The position numbers were made by a program, and so were the translations under genes. Of a stretch of DNA of 32,000 nt, positions 8,349 to 16,904 are shown in pieces (positions within the stretch are counted from its first letter, which is position 1; the number at the start of each line of letters is the position of its first letter). Under the pieces are notes generated by a model that was given only the letters and a program-made list of their open reading frames with translations, searched no databases and was not told the origin of the DNA. This stretch comes from Bifidobacterium longum subsp. longum JCM 1217 (GTDB lineage: Bacteria; Actinomycetota; Actinomycetes; Actinomycetales; Bifidobacteriaceae): contig NC_015067.1 of NCBI RefSeq assembly GCF_000196555.1, forward strand, positions 1,890,001 to 1,922,000, in the 5' to 3' direction.

Positions 8349-9557
8349 ATGAGCGCCACAGCCCCGAACTACAACCACACTGTCACCGCCTGCTTCGTGG
8401 GATACATCACTCAGGCGGTAATCAATAACTTCATGCCGTTGCTGTTCGTCACGTTCGCGGCGACACTCGGCATCGACATGGCGCGGCTTTCCGCCCTCAT
8501 CACCGTCAACTTCGTCACCCAACTGGTCGTGGACGTGCTGGCCGGCAAGTTCGTGGACCGCATCGGATACAAGCCGTGCATTATCGCCGCCCACCTGGCC
8601 GCCCTTGCCGGACTGCTGGCGTTGGGCTTGCTCCCCACCCGCGTGCCGGACCCGTATCTCGCGATTCTGGCGGCGATTTTCCTCTACGCGCTCGGCGGCG
8701 GACTCATCGAGGTCATGGTCTCCCCCATCGTCGAGGCCTGCCCGAGCGAACACAAGGCCAAGGCGATGAGCCTGCTGCACTCCTTCTACTGCTGGGGCCA
8801 GCTCGGCACCGTGGCCATCTCCACGCTGTTTCTGTTTGCGTTCGGCACCGGCTCATGGCCGGTTCTCGCTTGCTTGTGGGCGATTGTGCCTGCCATCGGC
8901 ATCGCGATGTTCGCTGGCGCTCCCATGCCGCGCATTGTGCCGGAAGGCACGGCGACCATGCGGTTCGCCGACTTGTCGAAGAAGCCGGTGTTCTACCTGA
9001 TGTTCCTTATGATGCTGTGCGCGGGCGCGGCCGAACAGGGCATGAGCCAGTGGGCCAGCGCGTTCGCCGAGTCCGGTCTGGGCGTGACCAAGGTGATTGG
9101 CGACTTGGCGGGACCTGCCGCATTCGCCCTGATGATGGGCCTGTCCCGCACGATTTACGGAGTGCTGGGGCATCGACTGGATCTCACGGCATTCATTGCC
9201 AGCAGTTCCGTACTGTGCGTGGCCATGTATCTGACCGCAGCCCTAACCACGGCACCGGTACTGGGTCTGCTTGCCTGTGCGCTCACCGGTTTTTCAGTGG
9301 GTATTATGTGGCCCGGAACGTTCTCGATGGCTGCAGACGCCATGCCCGGTGGCGGTACGCTGATGTTCGCGCTACTAGCCGTGGCCGGCGACCTCGGATG
9401 CGCCGGCGGCCCTGCCGTAGTGGGACTGGTGGCCTCTGCCAATGGCGACAGTCTTAAGACCGGGTTGCTGTTCGGATCGATGTTCGCATTGGTGCTGTTG
9501 GCGTGCGTAGTTGCGGCGAGGAAGACAGTTGTTGGCGAACGCGAGCCTTTGCATTGA
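8349..9557 (+). CDS. MFS transporter
   Basis: About 12 predicted TM helices. The track ORF starts at 8250, only 10 nt after cfa. ATG 8349 (MSATAPNYNH...) is the first ATG and directly precedes the first hydrophobic segment. Confidence 0.8.
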   Translation: MSATAPNYNHTVTACFVGYITQAVINNFMPLLFVTFAATLGIDMARLSALITVNFVTQLVVDVLAGKFVDRIGYKPCIIAAHLAALAGLLALGLLPTRVPDPYLAILAAIFLYALGGGLIEVMVSPIVEACPSEHKAKAMSLLHSFYCWGQLGTVAISTLFLFAFGTGSWPVLACLWAIVPAIGIAMFAGAPMPRIVPEGTATMRFADLSKKPVFYLMFLMMLCAGAAEQGMSQWASAFAESGLGVTKVIGDLAGPAAFALMMGLSRTIYGVLGHRLDLTAFIASSSVLCVAMYLTAALTTAPVLGLLACALTGFSVGIMWPGTFSMAADAMPGGGTLMFALLAVAGDLGCAGGPAVVGLVASANGDSLKTGLLFGSMFALVLLACVVAARKTVVGEREPLH

Positions 9558-9619
9558 CCGGCCAGCCCGCCATTTTGGCCTATAACCCCCGCCGGAGTAG
9601 GTACGCGACGGATATGCAA

Positions 9620-9642
9620 AAGCCCCGCACAAGGCGGGGCTT
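9620..9642. terminator. Bidirectional hairpin terminator (MFS gene on + strand, tRNA-Phe on - strand)
   Basis: A 9-bp GC-rich stem, AAGCCCCGC-acaag-GCGGGGCTT. A T-run (TTTTG) follows on the minus strand and TTCATTAT on the plus strand. Confidence 0.6.
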
Positions 9643-9647
9643 CATTA

Positions 9648-9723
9648 TGGTGGCTCCGAACGGCGTCGATCCGTTGACCTAGCGATTTTCAGTCGCTCGC
9701 TCTACCAACTGAGCTACAGAGCC
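9648..9723 (-). tRNA. tRNA-Phe (GAA), CCA encoded
   Basis: The reverse complement folds by hand into a 76-nt cloverleaf: GGCTCTG TA GCTC AGTTGGTA GAGC G AGCGA CTGAAAA TCGCT AGGTC AACGG ATCGACG CCGTT CGGAGCC A CCA. Confidence 0.9.
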
Positions 9724-9733
9724 ATGAACAGTC

Positions 9734-9754
9734 AAAAACCCGGATAATCCGGGC
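9734..9754 (-). terminator. Small hairpin plus T-run between tRNA-Asp and tRNA-Phe
   Basis: The minus strand reads GCCCGGA-TTA-TCCGGGT followed by TTTTTG. It could be an intrinsic terminator or a processing hairpin within the 47-nt tRNA spacer. Confidence 0.4.
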
Positions 9755-9770
9755 TTCATAACCATTCCAG

Positions 9771-9844
9771 CGACCCCGGCCGGACTTGAACCGGTGACCT
9801 CCGCCGTGACAGGGCGGCGCTCTAACCAACTGAGCTACGGGGCC
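9771..9844 (-). tRNA. tRNA-Asp (GTC)
   Basis: The reverse complement is GGCCCCG TA GCTC AGTTGGTTA GAGC G CCGCC CTGTCAC GGCGG AGGTC ACCGG TTCAAGT CCGGC CGGGGTC G. The cloverleaf is canonical and no CCA is encoded. Confidence 0.9.
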
Positions 9845-9980
9845 ATTGTTCTCACTTGCGTGAGGCAACAGATGTATATATTACTGAAATTCGCCAGTCA
9901 TGCAAACTTCGGCGTGTTCCGCATAATTTCAAGGTTTTTGCTATCACCAGCACGCGAACACGTCTGTCACAAACATCCAC

Positions 9981-10021
9981 AAAACGACGAAGGGCGCGAC
10001 CGGAACCCCGGCCACGCCCTT
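9981..10021 (-). terminator. Putative terminator of galE
   Basis: On the minus strand the stem is AAGGGCG...CGCCCTT (with an inner CCGG..CCGG pairing), followed by CGTCGTTTTGT. Confidence 0.45.
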
Positions 10022-10068
10022 ATGGACGGAAACGCTTCGCGGCATCCACCGCAAAGTGACCGTCAATC

Positions 10069-11082
10069 TCAGTCAGCCTGCTTCCAGGTGTCGACGTCGA
10101 TGTGGTGTTCGGGGTTGGCCTGCCAGGCATCCCACGCGGACTTGACGATGTCTTCCACGTCGTACTTGGCATGCCAGCCCATCTCCTCGTTGATGCGCTT
10201 CGGGGAGCCGATCAGGTGCGGCGGGTCGCCGGCGCGGCGGGCCATGACAGCCTCGGTGAACGGCAGACCGGTGACCTTCTTGACTTCGTCGACGATCTGG
10301 CGCACGGAGGTGCCTTCGCCGGTGCCGACGTTGAAGGCGTCGTACTTGCGCTCGTCACGGTCGAGGTACTTGAGGGCGGCGATGTGGGCGTCGGCCAAGT
10401 CGGAGACGTGGATGTAGTCGCGCACGCAGGTGCCGTCCGGAGTCGGGTAGTCGTCGCCGAAGATAGCGGGAGCCTTGCCCTGCTTGAGGCGATTGAACAG
10501 CATCGGGATGAGGTTCAGGATGGCCGGATCCTCAAGCTCCACCGGACCGCAGCCGGCCACGTTGAAGTAGCGCAGCGCGCAGAAGCGGATGCCGAACGGC
10601 TGCTCGCAGGCGCGTGCCATCCACTCGCCGAACAGCTTGGTCTGGCCGTAGGGGTTGATCGGCAGCATCGGGACGACGTCCTCAGGCACCACATCGACCG
10701 GCGGCACACCATAGGTGGCGGCGGAAGAGGAGAAGACGAGCTTCTTGGCGTTCTTGGACTGGGTCATGCCGGTGAGCACGTTGAGCATGCCGTTGATGTT
10801 CTGCTGGTAGTACCACAGCGGCTTCTCCACGGATTCGCCGACCTGCTTGCGAGCGGCAAAGTGGATCACGGAGTCGACGCCTTCGGCATCGAGGATTTCG
10901 GCCAAACGCTCACCGGCGCCCGGGGCGGCGATATCCATGCCGTACAGGCGGGAGTCTTCGATGCGAGTGGGCTTGCCGTAGCTCAGATCGTCGACGACAA
11001 CGACCTTTTCGCCGGCCTGATGGAGTGCGTGAACGACATGAGCGCCGATGTAGCCGCAGCCGCCGGTGACGAGAACTGTCAT
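10069..11082 (-). CDS. galE: UDP-glucose 4-epimerase
   Basis: The track ORF is over-extended to 11559. ATG 11082 (MTVLVTGGCGYIGAHVV, a Rossmann GxxGxxG) is preceded by AAGGAAAGG. The SDR catalytic YxxxK lies in PYGQTKLFGE. At 337 aa it has normal GalE length. Confidence 0.9.
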   Translation of the reverse strand: MTVLVTGGCGYIGAHVVHALHQAGEKVVVVDDLSYGKPTRIEDSRLYGMDIAAPGAGERLAEILDAEGVDSVIHFAARKQVGESVEKPLWYYQQNINGMLNVLTGMTQSKNAKKLVFSSSAATYGVPPVDVVPEDVVPMLPINPYGQTKLFGEWMARACEQPFGIRFCALRYFNVAGCGPVELEDPAILNLIPMLFNRLKQGKAPAIFGDDYPTPDGTCVRDYIHVSDLADAHIAALKYLDRDERKYDAFNVGTGEGTSVRQIVDEVKKVTGLPFTEAVMARRAGDPPHLIGSPKRINEEMGWHAKYDVEDIVKSAWDAWQANPEHHIDVDTWKQAD

Positions 11083-11234
11083 AGTTGACCTTTCCTTGTG
11101 CGGGTTGCAAAGCGTCGGCCGTGGGGAGTTCAGCGGCTGTTCACTTTTGGTCCGCTTTGTTACCTTTTGAAACAATTTGAGTATATCACACGAACATAAT
11201 CGCACAAAACGGTGGTGTCGTCCGGCAATATCTG

Positions 11235-11372
11235 CATTCATTAGGTCGATTTGGCGTTCATTAGGTAGGTCGGCCCGGAGCCGGCCCGCACGGACACCGG
11301 GTAAACGGCTTGATATGGTGGTTGGTATCGCACACCACCTACCTAATGAACGCCAAATCGACCTAATGAATG
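11235..11372. repeat. Perfect 36-bp inverted repeat (arms 11235-11270 and 11337-11372) with a 66-bp GC-rich spacer
   Basis: The left arm cattcattaggtcgatttggcgttcattaggtaggt is the exact reverse complement of the right arm. Each arm contains TTCATTAGGT twice, 20 bp apart. The arms are about 42% GC in a roughly 60% GC context. Confidence 0.9.
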
Positions 11373-11410
11373 AACAGCGGTGCGGCGCACAAGGAAAATC
11401 CGAGGAATAT

Positions 11411-12271
11411 ATGACCGATCCCGAATCCACAGCAATCGATCCCGTCGCCGCGATGGCCACAGACCACACCGAGGCACCGGCGCACCCCCTGCACAAGGTG
11501 CTCTCCTTCGTACGCCGCTCCGGACGTTTGGACGATCGCCTGCAGCGCGCCTGGGACAACTATGCCGACACATATCTGTTGGATATTGCGGCCGGCAACC
11601 TGCTGGACGTGCGCGAGGGCGTCACGCTCGACCGCGCGTTCGTGGAGTCCGCATGGGGCAACGACAATCCGCTCATTGTGGAAATCGGCACCGGGCAGGG
11701 AGAAAACGTGGCGGCAGCAGCCGCAGCCCGCCCGGAGACGAACTTCCTTGCCCTAGAGGTCTATGACCCCGGCGTGGCCCACACGTTGCTGCTCGCCGGC
11801 AAGCAGGGGCTGACCAACATTCGCGTGGCCCAGGTCAATGCGCCCGAGCTGTTCAAGGTGACCGCGGCCGGCACCGTGGCCGAGGTATGGACCTTCTTCC
11901 CCGACCCTTGGCCCAAGAAGAAGCACCACAAGCGCCGCATCGTGCAGGAGGCCATGGCCGGCGACATCCATCGCGCGCTGGTCACAGACGGCGTCTGGCG
12001 TATCGCCACCGACATCGAGGACTATGCCCTGCACGTGCACGAGGTGATGGACGGCCTCGATGGCTGGAAGAACCTGGGCAGCGTAACCGTCAGCCTGCCG
12101 CTGGAGCACGTGGGCAAGGGCAATGCCGACATGGCCGCCGATATGCCGCACGCCGACTTCACCGAATCCGAGCGATTCGAGGGCCGCGTGCTCACCAACT
12201 TCGAGAAGAAGGGCCTGGCCGCCGGCCGCGTGATTCATGACTTCACCTATCAGGCCGTTACCCTGAACTGA
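11411..12271 (+). CDS. trmB: tRNA (guanine46-N7)-methyltransferase
   Basis: The track ORF starts at 11177, inside the inverted repeat. ATG 11411 (MTDPEST...) follows GAGGAA. TrmB hallmarks are present: VEIGTGQGE (SAM site) and [15 protein letters not shown]. Confidence 0.88.
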   Translation: MTDPESTAIDPVAAMATDHTEAPAHPLHKVLSFVRRSGRLDDRLQRAWDNYADTYLLDIAAGNLLDVREGVTLDRAFVESAWGNDNPLIVEIGTGQGENVAAAAAARPETNFLALEVYDPGVAHTLLLAGKQGLTNIRVAQVNAPELFKVTAAGTVAEVWTFFPDPWPKKKHHKRRIVQEAMAGDIHRALVTDGVWRIATDIEDYALHVHEVMDGLDGWKNLGSVTVSLPLEHVGKGNADMAADMPHADFTESERFEGRVLTNFEKKGLAAGRVIHDFTYQAVTLN

Positions 12272-12340
12272 TTGCGACACGCCGAAATGCCGTCGATTTG
12301 CATAACCGAACAACCTCCCGTAAAGTAATTCGAGTTGTTC

Positions 12341-12412
12341 GCCCCCATCGTCTAACGGTTAGGACACCAGACTTTCAATCTGACAACGAGAGTTCGACTC
12401 TCTCTGGGGGTA
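12341..12412 (+). tRNA. tRNA-Glu (TTC)
   Basis: GCCCCCA TC GTCT AACGGTTA GGAC A CCAGA CTTTCAA TCTGA CAAC GAGAG TTCGACT CTCTC TGGGGGT A; 72 nt, no CCA encoded. Confidence 0.9.
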
Positions 12413-12419
12413 CTTCACT

Positions 12420-12454
12420 AAAGACCCCGGTCATAGCGACCGAGGTCTTTTCGT
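12420..12454 (+). terminator. Intrinsic terminator after tRNA-Glu
   Basis: AAAGACCCCGGTC-atag-CGACCGAGGTCTTTTCG: a 10-bp stem with one mismatch, then a T-run. Confidence 0.65.
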
Positions 12455-12707
12455 ATTCGCGGGACCAGGTCTGAAAGCATTCGGCCCGCTTGATATGTGC
12501 TCATGGTTTCATCTCAGCACGTGTTCGCGCCCGCCACAAGGACTATCCCACCGTAGACGATGTGACATCCTCCACACTGTGACTTCGCGCACAGGGTCCC
12601 GACGCCACCCTCACCCCGTTTATCGACACCATGCGTGTATAACCGCATATGGCATCATCGGCGAACATCGGCCGGCAGACCAGTTGTACAAGGAGAACAT
12701 CATCCAC

Positions 12708-13511
12708 ATGGCAGACACCGCCAACACCAACACCAACGCCTGGCTGCCGGCGCTCAAAGCGGCGTTTCCGCTGACCATACCGATTTGCCTGGGGTTCCTG
12801 TTTCTCGGCGCCTCGTATGGCATTCTCATGGGCACCAAAGGCTTCTCCTTCGTATGGCCGATGTGTATGAGCGCGTTCATCTTCGCCGGTTCAATGGAAT
12901 TCGTCACGGTGAATCTGCTGCTCTCCGCGTTCAACCCGCTCGCCGGCTTTCTGCTGGCCCTGATGGTCAACGCCCGTCACCTGTTTTATGGACTATCCAT
13001 GCTCGGCAAATTCAAAGGGCTCGGCTGGAAGCGCCCATACCTGATTTTCGGTATGTGCGACGAGACTTTTGCCATCAACTCCACCGCGAAAATCCCCGCC
13101 GGCATCGACCGTGGCTGGTTCTACTTCTGGGTTACGCTGTGCAATCAGCTGTATTGGGTGACCGGCGCCACACTGGGCGGGCTGATCGGCGCGCATCTGC
13201 CGTTCAATACCGACGGTCTTGATTTCGTACTGACCGCGCTGTTTCTGGTGATCTTCCTCGATCAGTGGCTCGACGGCAAGCATCGCGAGCGACTGTCCGC
13301 CGTCATCGGTGTGCTGACATCACTGGCCTGCCTGCTGATATTCGGGGCCAATGATTTCATGATTCCCTCAATGATCGCCATGCTGATACTGTTCGTCGCG
13401 CTACGCCCGCATCTGGACGTGTTGCGGCCGGCCGCCGACGCCCCGGAAGCCACGGCAGACCATGCCATGAGCCACGCAGCGGACCAGCAGAAGGAAGGAC
13501 AGACGCGATGA
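12708..13511 (+). CDS. azlC: AzlC family branched-chain amino acid permease/exporter subunit
   Basis: The track ORF starts at 12495. ATG 12708 ([26 protein letters not shown]...) follows AAGGAGAA. The protein is multi-TM and is paired with a downstream azlD through an ATGA overlap. Confidence 0.82.
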   Translation: MADTANTNTNAWLPALKAAFPLTIPICLGFLFLGASYGILMGTKGFSFVWPMCMSAFIFAGSMEFVTVNLLLSAFNPLAGFLLALMVNARHLFYGLSMLGKFKGLGWKRPYLIFGMCDETFAINSTAKIPAGIDRGWFYFWVTLCNQLYWVTGATLGGLIGAHLPFNTDGLDFVLTALFLVIFLDQWLDGKHRERLSAVIGVLTSLACLLIFGANDFMIPSMIAMLILFVALRPHLDVLRPAADAPEATADHAMSHAADQQKEGQTR

Positions 13512-13840
13512 CGATGACCATCTGGCAAGGCGCAATCACTATCGTGACGGTGGTGCTGGGCACGATGTGCACCCGTTTTCTGCCGTTTCTGGTGTTTCCC
13601 GAGTCCAAGCAGCCGCCGCGCATCATCGAGTATTTCGGCCAGGTCCTGCCCTATGCGATGACCGGTCTACTGGTGGTATACGCACTGCGCAACACCCCGA
13701 TTCTGACCGGTTCACACGGCCTTCCGGAACTCATCGCCTGCACCGTCATCGTGCTGCTGCACGTATGGAAACGCAATATGCTGCTTTCAATCGCCGGCGG
13801 CACAATTGTATATATGTTGCTGGTGCAACTGGTGTTCTGA
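13508..13840 (+). CDS. azlD: AzlD family branched-chain amino acid transport protein
   Basis: 110-aa small hydrophobic protein ([27 protein letters not shown]...). Its start overlaps the azlC stop (ATGA at 13508-13511). Confidence 0.8.
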   Translation: MTMTIWQGAITIVTVVLGTMCTRFLPFLVFPESKQPPRIIEYFGQVLPYAMTGLLVVYALRNTPILTGSHGLPELIACTVIVLLHVWKRNMLLSIAGGTIVYMLLVQLVF

Positions 13841-13857
13841 GGCACCCGACTCGTTAG

Positions 13858-13906
13858 TCTCTCCCTCCGCTTCGCTATGCTCAGCACCTCCCTTACAGAG
13901 GGAGGT
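13858..13906 (-). repeat. Modular hairpin repeat, copy B1 (partial, inverted; variant sequence)
   Basis: Its reverse complement, acctccctctgtaagggaggt...ggagggagaga, has the same layout as modules 1-2 of copies A2 and C. Hairpin 1 is CCTCCCT/AGGGAGG rather than GCTCCCT/AGGGAGC. Confidence 0.65.
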
Positions 13907-13916
13907 AATCTTCTGT

Positions 13917-14021
13917 ACCTTCCTCTGACGAGGGAGGCGGCACCGCGAAGCGGTGACGGAGGTAGAGACCCGCAGTCGTAAGACTGCGAAACACACAGCA
14001 TCGGCCACAGGCCGATTCCTA
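13917..14021 (+). repeat. Modular hairpin repeat, copy B2 (full length, direct; variant sequence)
   Basis: ccttcctctgacgagggagg-cggcaccgcgaagcggtgacggaggtagagac-ccgcagtcgtaagactgcg-aaacaca..atcggccacaggccgat-tccta. All four modules appear in the same order as in copies A1 and C. Confidence 0.75.
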
Positions 14022-14537
14022 CAGCTGCTTCGCCACCCAATCGACGATGTACGGGGCGACTTCCTCAATCTGGTCGATGGCGACCTCGAACTCGTGCTTG
14101 CCGCCGTACCACGGGTCCACCAGATCGATCTGATCTTCGCGGCCGGGCTTCGGCTTGGGCAGATTCGGGTCGAAGCTGCGGTACATGTGCACTTCGGCGC
14201 GCTTGCCGGCCGGCAGCATGCGCAGCAGGGCGCGCATGTGGGAGGCGGTCATCGGCAGGAACAGGTCGGTACGGTCGATTTCCTCACGCGAGATGCGGTG
14301 TGCGAAGTGGTCACGCGGAATCTCATCACCATAGCCACGTTCGCGTAGCACGCGCACGGCACGCGGGTCGATCGGGTGGCTCCACTCCTCGTCGGACACA
14401 CCGCTGGATTCCACGTTCACCTGGTCGCCAAGACCGCGCTCATTAAAGAAGTGACGCAGAATGATCTCACCCATAGGCGAACGGCAGATATTGCCGGTGC
14501 AGACGGTCATTACGGTGTAGGGCTGGGTATTGCTCAT
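14019..14537 (-). CDS. Low-molecular-weight protein-tyrosine phosphatase
   Basis: 172 aa starting at ATG 14537. It has the CX5R(S) P-loop VCTGNICRSPMGE near the N-terminus and the DP-loop region DPWYG near the C-terminus. Confidence 0.88.
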   Translation of the reverse strand: MSNTQPYTVMTVCTGNICRSPMGEIILRHFFNERGLGDQVNVESSGVSDEEWSHPIDPRAVRVLRERGYGDEIPRDHFAHRISREEIDRTDLFLPMTASHMRALLRMLPAGKRAEVHMYRSFDPNLPKPKPGREDQIDLVDPWYGGKHEFEVAIDQIEEVAPYIVDWVAKQL

Positions 14538-14613
14538 AGCTTTGAATCAATCCTCAATCGGGCTTCACCGGGCCGCACACGGCCCGACTGTATTGTTGGG
14601 GTCGAATGAATAT

Positions 14614-14654
14614 GAATCCGGCTCATGCCGCTATAAAGGGCATAAGCCGGATTC
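14614..14654 (-). terminator. Hairpin directly after the folA stop codon
   Basis: A 10-bp perfect stem GAATCCGGCT...AGCCGGATTC with an inner ATGCC/GGCAT pairing. The minus-strand tail is ATATTCATTC, so the U-tract is weak. Confidence 0.4.
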
Positions 14655-14660
14655 GCATGC

Positions 14661-15323
14661 TTACTTGGTTTTGGCCAAGATACGGAAACGATAGGAATCG
14701 ATGCCGGACTCCTCCTTGGCGGGCGTATGCCACTCGCCCACTTCGGCTTCCCGCCACATCCCGGCCTCGACCAGCGACGCCATATCGGGCGCGTAGCTGT
14801 CGGCATCCACGGTGGCGGCCAGATCAGTCACATAGGCTTTGTCCGCGAACGGCAAAGCCTTGGCGAACAACTGGGCGCCGCCGATGATCCAAATCTCCGA
14901 ACGGTCCAGACCGTCGTCCGGAATCGCCTCCTGACGGGCCATATCGAGCGCGTCGTCAAGACTGGTGACCACAGTGGCCCCCGGCGCACGGTACATCGGA
15001 TCGTGGGAAACGACGATGTTGTCGCGGTTGGGCAGCGGCCGGTACTTGCCCCCCAGCGATTCCCAGGTCTTACGACCCATAATCACCGGATGGGAGACGG
15101 TCAGCTCCTTGAAATGCTTCATATCCTCGGCACAGTGCCAAGGCATGCCACCATTGAGGCCGATGGCACCGGCGCGACCTTCCTTGTCACGGGCTTCGGC
15201 CCAGATAAGATTCACCGAGAAGGTCTTGGGATAATCGTCACCCCAGTCTTCTTCAGTGGCAGACAGCCCGGCAGATCCGGGCTCGGGTTCGTGATAGCCG
15301 CTACGGCTACTGTCATGCTCCAT
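14661..15323 (-). CDS. folA: Dihydrofolate reductase with an N-terminal acidic extension of about 40 aa
   Basis: The track ORF extends to 15605 and overlaps thyA. ATG 15323 (MEHDSS...) is preceded by AGGAGGAG. The DHFR core is LIWAEA...GAIGLNGGMPWH...VIMGRKTWESL...IWIIGGAQLF. Confidence 0.85.
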   Translation of the reverse strand: MEHDSSRSGYHEPEPGSAGLSATEEDWGDDYPKTFSVNLIWAEARDKEGRAGAIGLNGGMPWHCAEDMKHFKELTVSHPVIMGRKTWESLGGKYRPLPNRDNIVVSHDPMYRAPGATVVTSLDDALDMARQEAIPDDGLDRSEIWIIGGAQLFAKALPFADKAYVTDLAATVDADSYAPDMASLVEAGMWREAEVGEWHTPAKEESGIDSYRFRILAKTK

Positions 15324-15365
15324 TTCGCTTACTCCTCCTGGATTGCGGAACTGGGCCTTAGTGTA

Positions 15366-15416
15366 GTGGACAGCGAAGACTCGGGGGCCGTCACCTTCAC
15401 AGTATTCGCTGTCCAC
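15366..15416 (-). promoter_or_regulatory. 12-bp perfect inverted repeat in the thyA-folA spacer
   Basis: GTGGACAGCGAA (15366-15377) pairs with TTCGCTGTCCAC (15405-15416) across a 27-nt loop. It lies inside the 109-nt thyA-folA intergenic region. Confidence 0.5.
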
Positions 15417-15432
15417 GAAACGGTAATCAGCA

Positions 15433-16305
15433 TCAGACCGCAACAGGTGCCTTAATAGTGGGGTGATGCTGGTAGCCGACGACCTTGAAGTCCTCATACT
15501 GGTAGTCGAACAGGGAATCGGCCTTACGGATCTCGATGGTCGGGTACGGGTAGGGCTTGCGGCCCAGCTGCTCAAGGAACTGGTCGACGTGGTTGTCGTA
15601 AACATGGCAGTCGCCGCCGGTCCAGACGAATTCGCCCGGCTTGAGCCCGGCCTGCTGCGCCATCATCATGGTGAGCAGCGAGTAGGAGGCGATATTGAAC
15701 GGCACGCCGAGGAACATGTCGCAGGAACGCTGGTACAGCTGGCAGCTTAGCTTGTCGTCGGCCACGTAGAACTGGAAGAGCGCGTGGCAGGGCGGCAACG
15801 CCATCTTCTCCACCTCGGCCGGATTCCACGCGGAGACGATCATGCGGCGCGAATCCGGATGATGCTTGATGAGGTCGAGCACATTGGAGATCTGGTCGAT
15901 GGTGCGATTCGGGTCCTCGGGGGTCGGCGCGGGCCAGGAACGCCACTGCACGCCATAGACCGGGCCCAGATCGCCGTTCTCGTCCGCCCACTCATCCCAA
16001 ATATGCACGTTGTGCTCCAGCAGCCAGTTGATGTTGGAGGAACCCTTCAAAAACCACAGCAGCTCATAGGCCAGGCCTTTGAAGAACACGGTCTTGGTGG
16101 TCAGCAACGGGAAGTACTTCGACAGGTCAAAGCGCATCTGCTGGCCGAACAGGGAAATCGTGCCGGTGCCGGTGCGATCGGACTTCAGCGTGCCTTCGGT
16201 CAGGATCTTGCGCACCAGGTCCTCATAGGGCATCGGAATGTCCGTTTCGGGACGTGCGGGGATACGGGAGCGAATATCTGCGAGTTGTTCTTCGGTCAAA
16301 GCCAT
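15433..16305 (-). CDS. thyA: Thymidylate synthase (ThyA type)
   Basis: ThyA motifs are present: [31 protein letters not shown] (catalytic Cys) and DCHVYDNH. The start is ATG 16305 (MALTEEQ...) or GTG 16311 as in the track. Confidence 0.9.
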   Translation of the reverse strand: MALTEEQLADIRSRIPARPETDIPMPYEDLVRKILTEGTLKSDRTGTGTISLFGQQMRFDLSKYFPLLTTKTVFFKGLAYELLWFLKGSSNINWLLEHNVHIWDEWADENGDLGPVYGVQWRSWPAPTPEDPNRTIDQISNVLDLIKHHPDSRRMIVSAWNPAEVEKMALPPCHALFQFYVADDKLSCQLYQRSCDMFLGVPFNIASYSLLTMMMAQQAGLKPGEFVWTGGDCHVYDNHVDQFLEQLGRKPYPYPTIEIRKADSLFDYQYEDFKVVGYQHHPTIKAPVAV

Positions 16306-16432
16306 GTGCACCAGTGTAGCTTAGGGGCATAATAGAGAAGTCCGATGATGCGGGAGAGCGGCCAGGTGCCGCGCTCCCCCGCTGGCATGGCGATGGGCCA
16401 GATCGCCGGCGGCTGAAAATAAAGGAGCAGCT

Positions 16433-16846
16433 ATGGGTAAGCGACTGTGGGTTGAGCGTAACAAGGACGGTTCGTGGGATGCGTTCAGCGACGATGGCGC
16501 ACACATTAAGTTCGGCAAGGATCGTGGCCAGTTCACGCCGGGCGATCTGATGAAGGTCGCGCTGGCCGGTTGCGCCGCGCTGTCCAGCCAGTTCGCCATC
16601 GAACATACGCTGGGTGAGGGCAAGGGTGCCAAGATTGTGGTGGATGGCACGTACGACCCGGAAAATGACGCCTACACCGGTTTCGAGGAGCAGGTGGTGA
16701 TTGATGCTTCCGACGCCGGTCTGTCCGAGGAGGATGCCGACAAGCTCAAGGAGCGCGTCACCCGCCATATCGACAAGGGTTGCACGGTCAAGCACACCTA
16801 CGTGCAGGAGACCCCGGTGCGCATGAACGTCACCGTCAAGCACTGA
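16433..16846 (+). CDS. OsmC/Ohr family protein
   Basis: 137 aa. ATG 16433 is preceded by AAAGGAG. The OsmC-like pattern is PGDLMKVALAGCAALS with a second Cys in DKGCTVKHT. Confidence 0.75.
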   Translation: MGKRLWVERNKDGSWDAFSDDGAHIKFGKDRGQFTPGDLMKVALAGCAALSSQFAIEHTLGEGKGAKIVVDGTYDPENDAYTGFEEQVVIDASDAGLSEEDADKLKERVTRHIDKGCTVKHTYVQETPVRMNVTVKH

Positions 16847-16862
16847 GACGGGATATAAATTG

Positions 16863-16889
16863 AAGAGGCTCCCTGGCGGGAGCCTCTTT
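16863..16889. terminator. Bidirectional terminator between osmC (+) and usp (-)
   Basis: AAGAGGCTCCC-tggc-GGGAGCCTCTTT: an 11-bp stem with A/T runs on both sides. Confidence 0.65.
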
Positions 16890-16904
16890 CCGTATATTCG
16901 GACT

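Noticed and set aside
11235-11372. The 36-bp inverted repeat as the ends of an insertion sequence.
   Set aside because: The total length is 138 bp with no transposase ORF between the arms. I could not find a flanking target-site duplication. At most it is MITE-like, so it is kept as a finding and not called a mobile element.
12455-12707. The roughly 250-nt leader upstream of azlC as a T-box or amino-acid riboswitch.
   Set aside because: I could not find a T-box sequence, a specifier-loop layout or any other riboswitch core by eye. It may simply contain the promoter. This needs cmscan and is not reportable.
16863-16889. Isolated GCTCCC...GGGAGC hairpins (16863-16889, 27176-27198, 22538-22567) as additional copies of the modular repeat.
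   Set aside because: They resemble only module 1 and lack modules 2-4. They are adequately explained as ordinary terminator hairpins.
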